Under the pieces are notes generated by a model. The model did not search any database and was not told the origin of the DNA. It saw nothing but the letters and a program-made list of their open reading frames with translations. The position numbers and the translations under genes were made by a program. Positions 7,346 through 14,612 of a stretch of DNA of 17,656 bases are shown here, piece after piece. Every line of letters begins with the position of its first letter. Position 1 is the stretch's first letter. Origin of the DNA: Vampirovibrionaceae bacterium NZW_1234 (GTDB lineage Bacteria; Cyanobacteriota; Vampirovibrionia; Vampirovibrionales; JAGQHJ01); the NCBI GenBank assembly GCA_041697335.1, contig JBGUGD010000013.1:1-17656 (forward strand). Direction: 5' to 3'.

Positions 7346-8239
7346 CTAGCGGTAATCATTTTGATCCTCAATATCGATGTCACCGGGATTATCCACATCG
7401 AGGCGCTCTCTTTGAACCTGCTCTTCGACAACGCGATTCTCGGTTCGCGCTTCTTTACGCAAGGTCACTTCTTCACTGGCCACTGGGCGTTTCGTGACCT
7501 CAACGTCTTCTTTGTATAAAGGAATATCGATGGATGTGTCTTCGCCGAGTACATCCGTTTGCGACTGCCCACGCTCACCTTCGTACCATTCCCCGCGTTC
7601 GCCCTCGAAATCGCCGCGACGCCCTTGGGTGATATCGGTTTCGCCGGAAACCGGATGACGCTCGATGACCAGGTGCTCTTCGGTCACGGGAACGTCAATT
7701 CGCTCCATATGGGTATCTACGGTTTTTCGCACGTGGACATCCCCCACTTTTTCGCGACGCTTATCCACATTCAACCGTTCTTCCAATAAGCGAATCCGCT
7801 CAGGCGCCTGGAATTTATCATATTGATCATAATTAATGGGTTCACTGGCAAACTCACCTTTACGACGAGATTCCGGATAATACGAGCCCAAGACTGTGGA
7901 TTCGTATTCCTCATCGGACATGTGGCTCTCATCGTAGTCAGGCATGGATTTAACCTGCTCCTTTGAAAGCCCTCGAATCACCACTTCTCGATTGGCATCA
8001 TCAATATGTAACATCCCCACCGGGACCAGGACGCGCTTGCCCGTGAACCAGTTTCCGTAATCCACGACCACATAGCGCAAGCGACCGTTATCATCAATGA
8101 CATAGTCATCGACTTTCCCAATTTTTTCGCCCTCATCGCTAATGACCTTAAAGCCACAAATTTCAGAACCTTCTCCACCCATTTCCTGTATGGGCTCATC
8201 ATAGCGTTGCGACTGATCCCGTTTAAACGTTTCCAGCAT
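7346..8239 (-). CDS. PRC-barrel plus DUF2382 (YsnF/AvaK) domain protein
   Basis: PRC barrel: GEKIGKVDDYVIDDNGRLRYVVVDYGNWFTGKRVLVPVG. YsnF: IRLLEERLNVDKRREKVGDVHVRK, IPLYKEDVEVTKRPVASEEV. AAGGAG RBS. Confidence 0.92.
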   Translation of the reverse strand: MLETFKRDQSQRYDEPIQEMGGEGSEICGFKVISDEGEKIGKVDDYVIDDNGRLRYVVVDYGNWFTGKRVLVPVGMLHIDDANREVVIRGLSKEQVKSMPDYDESHMSDEEYESTVLGSYYPESRRKGEFASEPINYDQYDKFQAPERIRLLEERLNVDKRREKVGDVHVRKTVDTHMERIDVPVTEEHLVIERHPVSGETDITQGRRGDFEGERGEWYEGERGQSQTDVLGEDTSIDIPLYKEDVEVTKRPVASEEVTLRKEARTENRVVEEQVQRERLDVDNPGDIDIEDQNDYR

Positions 8240-8404
8240 CGTCCCGTCTCCTTTAACCCCTTACTGCTCTTCTGTGACTCTTTTCCTCAGAACATGTATT
8301 TCTATTTTGCACAGTATAGGGTATGACCGTATCAACATTCATAAGCCTGAAGAGGGATATCCAAGCAATATCGGCATTCTCAAGCACCCTCGGAACAAAG
8401 CGAT

Positions 8405-8773
8405 TTATTCCAGAAGTTGGTGCAAGGTAATGATATTCCCATCCGGATCCGTCAGGTAGGCCGTTTTGCAATGCCCGCCATTATCAACAGGCTCCTGGAG
8501 GAAGTGAACTCCGGCCGTTTTCAACCGTTTATAAAGTTCATCGATATCCGCCACCTCGAACGCAATAGACCCGGTGACCTTTAGTGCCTCAAACTCGGGA
8601 GGTGTCATTTGAGACGCCTTCCAAACGGCAAAAGTCTCTCCGTTCACATCATACTCTTCCCATGTTCCGGCATAGGCGCCAGATGAGGGCAACCCCAAGA
8701 GCCCTTCATAAAACGCCCTGGCCCGATCCAAGTCGGCCACCTGATGTGAGGCATAAGCAAATCCCTTAATCAT
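8405..8773 (-). CDS. VOC family protein, 122 aa
   Basis: Start moved to ATG 8773 (MIKGFAYA). VADLDRARAFYEGLLGL, IAFEVADID, YLTDPDGNIITLHQ. Confidence 0.92.
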   Translation of the reverse strand: MIKGFAYASHQVADLDRARAFYEGLLGLPSSGAYAGTWEEYDVNGETFAVWKASQMTPPEFEALKVTGSIAFEVADIDELYKRLKTAGVHFLQEPVDNGGHCKTAYLTDPDGNIITLHQLLE

Positions 8774-9126
8774 GGTTCGTCCCCGTCGTGCTCCAATATA
8801 GCCTATACCCAGGAGAACCCGGAGGCATTGCCCGACGAGCGTAAGTTGAAAATACGAATTCGTAAACCGGCACAACACGTAACGGATTGAGCAGGTAACG
8901 GCCAACGTGATCTCACACCAGTAGAGCCATGCCGATGATGATCTGGAGCAGGTCGCAGGGACTCAGGGGATAACGCCGATGCCCGGTTGGTCACGGATCG
9001 AACTGAGTAGGAAGAACACAAGCCCTCTCTAAAATAAATTTCAAAACGTAACGATTTTCGACATGAGCCCACGGCTCAAAGCGGGTTTATGGTAAGGTGA
9101 GCCCAGAATGATGACGAAGGTGTGTG

Positions 9127-9534
9127 ATGATGGATATCCGATTTCGGGCGAACTATCAAATTTTAGGGCCAGCGCGCCCCAATGTGCAGGCGGAAGCAGA
9201 TCTGCTTCAGGCACAGAGCCAAAAGCTGGCTTTTAGCGTGGTGGCCTCCACGGGTACTGAAAAAAGCCCTGCAGCCAATCCCAATGAGCAATTCGGAGGC
9301 TTTGTGGTCACCGATAAAGACGCCGCCAAATTCTTAAAACAACAAGGCTTGCCGGATATTGATTTAAACCGGGATAAAGCCCTGGTGCAACAGGAAGGGG
9401 ACGCCTTTATCCGACAAAAATTTGCACTAGCCACCCCAGAGGGCCTCAGCCAATTTGTGTTGGCCTTGTGTCGTTTTTCCTATTTCGAAAGCTTAGTCAA
9501 AAACAATGTAATTGAGAAACGCTTGTTCTCCTAA
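9127..9534 (+). CDS. Hypothetical protein, starts M(M)DIRFRA
   Basis: ORF with GAAGG RBS at 9116-9120; start could be 9124, 9127 or 9130. N-terminus resembles that of the 5934-6419 protein. Confidence 0.72.
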   Translation: MMDIRFRANYQILGPARPNVQAEADLLQAQSQKLAFSVVASTGTEKSPAANPNEQFGGFVVTDKDAAKFLKQQGLPDIDLNRDKALVQQEGDAFIRQKFALATPEGLSQFVLALCRFSYFESLVKNNVIEKRLFS

Positions 9535-9578
9535 TCCCTTTATCAGCAAGACTTACACAAGAAGACGAGACCTGACCG

Positions 9579-10223
9579 ATGCATCCCATTCAGTTAACAC
9601 CCAAACGCCCGCTGTTGCACCAGAGTCATCTCACCCGGTTTGGCGCACCGCGTCCACTGTCTGCCCAGGCACAGTGGCGGCAAGCGGCAGAAGGACTGCT
9701 TGTTGACTCCGCCAAAACAACGGCCGAAAAAATGGCGGCTATGGATGCCCTCTTTGCCCAAGGCTGGGATCTAAAACACCCGGACAACAAACAACTGATC
9801 CTAAGCGCCGTCAGCGCTGTCGGAATGAAAGACAGTGAACCCGCCATTGTTGATTACCTGATAGGTAAAGGACTTTATCTTTATGCCCAAGGGCACCTGA
9901 ACTGGAATGCGGCTCACCAGGTCGTCAATATGCCCTTTCCTCCCTATGGCTTGCTGACCTCCCTTTTGAAAGCGGACCAGCAGCAGGAAAAGCGTCTGGC
10001 GAACATGCCTGATAAAAAAGGCTTTACCCCCGTTCATGTCGCTGCCCGAAAAGGATACCTGGGTGCCTTGCAGCGTTTTGTGCAATTCCAAGCGGATTTC
10101 ACCTTGAAAACCCCACGCAATCAGGATGTGCATAGTCTGGTCTTGCTCAGCAAAAAACGCCCCGCCATTGACTATGTGCTTCAAACCATTCCGCGCAACC
10201 CTTCGCCTCCAGCGTCCATTTAG
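9579..10223 (+). CDS. Ankyrin-repeat protein with RFG leader
   Basis: One clear repeat NMPDKKGFTPVHVAARKGYLGALQRFVQFQAD, flanked by degenerate ones (IVDYLIGKG, NWNAAHQVV). N-term MHPIQLTPKRPLLHQSHLTRFGA. Confidence 0.85.
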   Translation: MHPIQLTPKRPLLHQSHLTRFGAPRPLSAQAQWRQAAEGLLVDSAKTTAEKMAAMDALFAQGWDLKHPDNKQLILSAVSAVGMKDSEPAIVDYLIGKGLYLYAQGHLNWNAAHQVVNMPFPPYGLLTSLLKADQQQEKRLANMPDKKGFTPVHVAARKGYLGALQRFVQFQADFTLKTPRNQDVHSLVLLSKKRPAIDYVLQTIPRNPSPPASI

Positions 10224-10255
10224 CTCGGGAGATGTAGGAGCGGTCCTTTTTCGAG
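10224..10255. terminator. Hairpin between convergent genes
   Basis: CTCGGGAGA...AGGA-GCGG-TCCT-TTTTCGAG fills the gap between the two stop codons. Confidence 0.4.
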
Positions 10256-10257
10256 GG

Positions 10258-11475
10258 TTAGCCGGCCGACATTCTTAAAAACACCAGGCTTAAACGCCAG
10301 AGGTATTTGAATACTTCGCTACATGCGGATTGTTTATCATAATTGGCAGGTAAAGAAACATTGGCAGCGTCAAAGCACTCACTAACCGTTTTTTTGCCAT
10401 CAATTTGACGATACATCTGAGCCACAACAGGCTGTAACGAAAAAGTTGCATAGGGTTTTCGAGAAACCTTGAAGTTATCGGCAGTATCTTCCTCCACAGT
10501 GCCTCGAGCCACGGGGATATAGCTCATCAATGCATCACTGTTAAAATCAGGCTTATAGGTTGCTTCCGGACGCTCAGGATGGCAGACAAAGAACGCGTGC
10601 TGGCCCAAGGTGCCATTAAACAACTCCATCACCTGCCAAATCTTGGCCTCAGGCAAGGCGTTAATCTGTCGGCACAAAGAATGGTTGGTATCGATTTGGC
10701 CCTCAGGGTAGTACAGCATGGAGTCCCACCATCCCATAAATTTCATACCCGCGGCATCAACAAACTCAAGACAATCGGCCACACGATAAGCGCGATCCTG
10801 AGGATGTAAAAACGTATCCACCAACCCGGCATCATATTGGGTGTCTTTCGCCCGCTTCAAATAATCCCGAACAAAATGGGATTGGGGAATCAAACCGAGA
10901 ACAGCCTTCACAGTAGCCACATCGTCTTCGGTCTGCCCCAAGCCCAAGGTTTGGAACATCTCCTGAAGCATGTACACACCAGTGCGGGAATATTTGCCAT
11001 ACAGCATTACGGCAATAACGCCATTGGGCCTGAGGACGGTTTTTAAGGCCCTGAGCCCGGCAACCGGATCCGGCAAATGGTGAAGCACGCCGGACGTATC
11101 AATAAAATCAAAGGTTTGTCCCAATGAAGCAACATCTTCAATCGGGCACTGGTGCAGGGTCAAATTCTGGAGACCATGTTTGTCCTTCAGATATGCCTCG
11201 TGGGCCAGGCTGGAGGTACTGAGATCGATTCCCGTAATCTTGGCTTGAGGGTGGTTGTAAGCATAACGAGCAGCCGCATTACTGCCACATCCGGCTATCA
11301 GAATATCCATATCATCACGGAATTCCTCACAAGGCCAATAAGACCAGAACCGAGTGCTGGGATCAGCTCCATCTCTCCTGTGACGATGCTCCGGAGCACT
11401 CAGATCCTGAATTGGAAAAGGGTAAACCCATTTTTCATACTGGCTGGCCACGGCCTCATGAACAGACTTTGTCAT
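10258..11475 (-). CDS. Class I SAM-dependent methyltransferase, about 405 aa
   Basis: ILIAGCGS, ITGIDLS, FDFIDTSGVLHHLPDP, LRPNG, LVDTFLHPQDRAY. Start moved to ATG 11475 (AAGGA RBS). Confidence 0.9.
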   Translation of the reverse strand: MTKSVHEAVASQYEKWVYPFPIQDLSAPEHRHRRDGADPSTRFWSYWPCEEFRDDMDILIAGCGSNAAARYAYNHPQAKITGIDLSTSSLAHEAYLKDKHGLQNLTLHQCPIEDVASLGQTFDFIDTSGVLHHLPDPVAGLRALKTVLRPNGVIAVMLYGKYSRTGVYMLQEMFQTLGLGQTEDDVATVKAVLGLIPQSHFVRDYLKRAKDTQYDAGLVDTFLHPQDRAYRVADCLEFVDAAGMKFMGWWDSMLYYPEGQIDTNHSLCRQINALPEAKIWQVMELFNGTLGQHAFFVCHPERPEATYKPDFNSDALMSYIPVARGTVEEDTADNFKVSRKPYATFSLQPVVAQMYRQIDGKKTVSECFDAANVSLPANYDKQSACSEVFKYLWRLSLVFLRMSAG

Positions 11476-11709
11476 TTCAAAATCCTTTATTCCCCAATTA
11501 AGGGCGCTCACACCACGTGCTGATCATATCATGACACGGCAATTCCATCGCATTGGCTCATTCGTTGGAGTGAGCCGTTTGGGGAATGAAGGACGTCAAA
11601 AATAAAGTTCAATTTCAAACGTAAACACACCCCCAAAAAGAAATTTTCTATCGGACCCCGTTTTAGATAGAGTACTTCTCATCAAATGACCCAGAAGAGA
11701 CTGACCACC

Positions 11710-12831
11710 ATGATGACCAATCTGATCTCCTTTCCAACAACCAGCACCCACATTCGTCCCGTTCGTCCTATGCCCCTGCTTAACCTCCGGTTTGGTGACG
11801 CCAAACTCAACGTGGAAGTCAAAACCCTTCCGTTTTCAACTCAAACACGCCCACTACCTAACGTGAAAGTGTTTACCGGTTCCGCATTTCCGGAATTGGC
11901 TCGGATGGTTGCCGATAAACTCGGGCTTCCTCTGTCCAAGAGCGAGCTCAAAACCTTCCCCGATCGTCATACCTTTGCTCGGATTGATGAAACCGTGCGT
12001 AATCAGGATGTCGTGATCATTCAACCGACTTCGGGCACAGCCGATGGCCCTTCTCCCAACGACAATATTTTTGAACTGGCCCAGCTCATTACCTCGGCGA
12101 AACAAGCTGAAGCCCGCTCCGTCACCATTGTAAACCCTTTCTACGGGTACAGTCGTTCCGATCGGTCTGTAAAGGATAGGGAAGTGGCGGCTGCAAAGCT
12201 GGTTACCGACTTTTTGGTAATGGCCGGTGCTGATCGCATTATTTCCGGTGATATTCATAACAAAGCCATTACCAGCTTTACCAACAAATCATTTAAAAAC
12301 CTGAAACTCCTCCCCGTGCTGGGCCAATATATTAAAGAAAACTACGATCTGTCGGAAGTGGTTGTTGTCTCGCCAGACCATGGGGGAACCAAGCGCTCCA
12401 CACAAGTTGCCAAGCTATTGGGCAAGGGCAATTATGTTGGGATCTTTGACAAACGCAGAGATGATAACGGGGCACTCCTGCCGGATCCGATTTTTATCGG
12501 TAACCCGGACAGTGTGAAAGGCAAGGTCGTGGTGATGGGCGATGACATTATCGACACCGCCGGAACCATTTGCCAGAATGCGGATGCCTTGATGAAGATG
12601 GGTGCAAAGAAAGTCATCGTGATTGCGGCCCACGGCTTTTTTACCAAAGATGCCCTTGATAAAATCCAAAAGTCGAGCATCAGTGAAGTGGTGGTTTCAA
12701 ACTCCATGGCCCTGAGCGCCAAAGCCAAACTTGTTGATAAGATTACCCAGGTTTCTATCGCTCCGGTGATTGCCGAATACATCTCTCGTCTGCTCGGCAC
12801 CAACGAGTCCATGGCTGAACTTAAAGAGTAG
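11710..12831 (+). CDS. prs: Ribose-phosphate pyrophosphokinase (PRPP synthetase), divergent, with N-terminal extension
   Basis: VFTGSAFPELA, ETVRNQDVVIIQ, PFYGYSRSDR, VVVSPDHGG, DKRR, PRPP-binding VMGDDIIDTAGT. Start could be 11686, 11710 or 11713. Confidence 0.93.
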   Translation: MMTNLISFPTTSTHIRPVRPMPLLNLRFGDAKLNVEVKTLPFSTQTRPLPNVKVFTGSAFPELARMVADKLGLPLSKSELKTFPDRHTFARIDETVRNQDVVIIQPTSGTADGPSPNDNIFELAQLITSAKQAEARSVTIVNPFYGYSRSDRSVKDREVAAAKLVTDFLVMAGADRIISGDIHNKAITSFTNKSFKNLKLLPVLGQYIKENYDLSEVVVVSPDHGGTKRSTQVAKLLGKGNYVGIFDKRRDDNGALLPDPIFIGNPDSVKGKVVVMGDDIIDTAGTICQNADALMKMGAKKVIVIAAHGFFTKDALDKIQKSSISEVVVSNSMALSAKAKLVDKITQVSIAPVIAEYISRLLGTNESMAELKE

Positions 12832-12969
12832 GTTCTTTAGGAGAGCTGATCTTTAGTCTGAAAATTGCACGCTCTGACGATAGCCCTTACAACAAGAGGC
12901 ATGCACAATAAGGGCGGCCTGGATCCTGGGCCTGTTGACAGTCTCAACCACAGCAGGAGGAAGCGAATC

Positions 12970-13533
12970 ATGCAGCAGGTTTTAGACGGCATTGACGTGC
13001 AACGGCTTCAAGAAACCATAACCACCTTGCAAAACCAGCCCGAGATGGCCCAGTTTACTTTTCGTGCCCGGAACCGATGGGTGAACGGGACACATAACCA
13101 GGCGATTGTGCAAGATTTTTACGGCGCAGGCCAGGAAGACCAGTCCCGCGAGATCCCCATGGTTTTTGAAGAAGATGAGCCCCCTGTACTCTTCGGTCAA
13201 AATGTGGGTGCCAATCCTGTCGAATATATTCTTGTGGGCCTATCCGGCTGCCTCACCACGGCCTTGGTCGCCCATGCCGCCGCCCGAGGCATCGAGCTGA
13301 AATCTGTCGAATCCCATCTGGAAGGGGACTTGGACGCCCGAGGTTTTCTAGGTATTGCCGATGTTCGAAACGGCTATGAAAGCATTCGCATTCGCTTTAT
13401 CCTTGATGCGGACGCACCGGAGTCGGTGCTTCAGGAATTAATCCAAGTGGCCCAAGAGCGATCGCCGGTTTTTGATATTGTCACCAATAAAGTCCCCGTC
13501 TCCGTGGGCATGAGCAAAAAGAAACAAAGCTAG
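12970..13533 (+). CDS. OsmC family protein, 187 aa
   Basis: Start moved to ATG 12970 (AGGAGG RBS at 12955-12960). DEPPVLFGQNVGANPVEYILVGLSGCL, LEGDLDARGFLG, RSPVFD. Confidence 0.92.
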   Translation: MQQVLDGIDVQRLQETITTLQNQPEMAQFTFRARNRWVNGTHNQAIVQDFYGAGQEDQSREIPMVFEEDEPPVLFGQNVGANPVEYILVGLSGCLTTALVAHAAARGIELKSVESHLEGDLDARGFLGIADVRNGYESIRIRFILDADAPESVLQELIQVAQERSPVFDIVTNKVPVSVGMSKKKQS

Positions 13534-14456
13534 CAGTGCATTTTGACGTCGGGGTTGTAGACATTGGGCACCACATCGCCTCCGGCTAAAAATAGCGGTG
13601 TTGGAATCTCATTCACGCGCTCCTCCCAAAGATCGTAGGGAAGATCCTGCCAAGCCGGAGGGGCCGTTTTGAGGGTTTGACGAACACCTTTAATCCCGAC
13701 CACCAAAGGGCGATCCCGGTATACAGAAGCATATGCAGGACAGACAGGCCCCATACATTCATATACCGACGTAAAGCCTGCATGCATCAGTAAATTAAAC
13801 AACGAGGGCCGGGTTAAGCAGAAGGCATAGTCCGTATCAATCCCATGAAACTGAGGGGGATAGTTGGGATCATACTCGGGGCGAAAGCGTCCCAGATATG
13901 ACTGGCCTTTGTACTCATAGGGGTCCTTCCCGTTATACCAGATATGGGTTTCGACCAGAAGTGCCTGCCGACACATAGGGCCCAAAGCCTCAACCACCTC
14001 AAAGACATCGGGCGCCCCGAGATGATATAAAATGCCGGAACACAGAATGATATCGAATTCACCATACTTCTCCCGGCTGACGTTTTGAACCAGATCATGA
14101 TGAAACGTGAGATTATCGAGGCCATACACCTCTTTAACAAAACGGGCCTTGGCCACATTCTCCTCTCGACCTTCAACACCGACAACCTCGGCCCCTTGAA
14201 GGGCCAGTTCAATGGAAAACCACCCTTCAAGGCACGCTAAGTCCAGAATCCGCAACTCCTGTAACGGCTGACGAGTGACATCCGCCATGACCTGACAAAA
14301 ACGCCTCAGATTGATAAACGGCCCTTTTGCCGTGGGAGCCCCCCCCATCGTCCAAACATCGTCCTGTAAATGCAGGGCATGAGCCTGCCATGGACCATAT
14401 TGATCAATAATCGCCTGCTTTTTTGCCTGAATCTCTGCCGTGGTCATCATTGTCAT
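13530..14456 (-). CDS. Class I SAM-dependent methyltransferase
   Basis: RILDLACLEG, VVGVEGREEN, FDIILCSGILYHL, LLVET. Stop overlaps the convergent OsmC stop by 4 bp. Confidence 0.9.
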   Translation of the reverse strand: MTMMTTAEIQAKKQAIIDQYGPWQAHALHLQDDVWTMGGAPTAKGPFINLRRFCQVMADVTRQPLQELRILDLACLEGWFSIELALQGAEVVGVEGREENVAKARFVKEVYGLDNLTFHHDLVQNVSREKYGEFDIILCSGILYHLGAPDVFEVVEALGPMCRQALLVETHIWYNGKDPYEYKGQSYLGRFRPEYDPNYPPQFHGIDTDYAFCLTRPSLFNLLMHAGFTSVYECMGPVCPAYASVYRDRPLVVGIKGVRQTLKTAPPAWQDLPYDLWEERVNEIPTPLFLAGGDVVPNVYNPDVKMHC

Positions 14457-14612
14457 TTACGTCCCCACGCTGCTGTTGAACAGCCTCATCTGACCCTCTT
14501 ATTCTACTCCTCCCATTCGCCAAAAGGAACTCCTAGCCAGCCGCAGCAAGACAAGCCTTATGCGTCTCAGCTGAGGTACTGCACTGGCCTGGCCTGAATA
14601 GGAAATAGCGGG

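Noticed and set aside
8872..8882. ACAACACGTAA also present at 16852-16862 inside the IS end
   Set aside because: Single 11-bp match with no flanking similarity; compatible with chance.
8860..9010. Riboswitch in the divergent intergenic region (e.g. ACTCAG/CTGAGT pairing)
   Set aside because: Only scattered 5-7 bp helices and no recognisable aptamer consensus.
12865..12969. N-terminal extension on OsmC
   Set aside because: A perfect AGGAGG precedes ATG 12970; the upstream TTG start is an ORF-caller artefact.
10258..14456. Biosynthetic or RiPP cluster from two methyltransferases, prs and OsmC
   Set aside because: Alternating orientations, no precursor peptide, scaffold enzyme or transporter.
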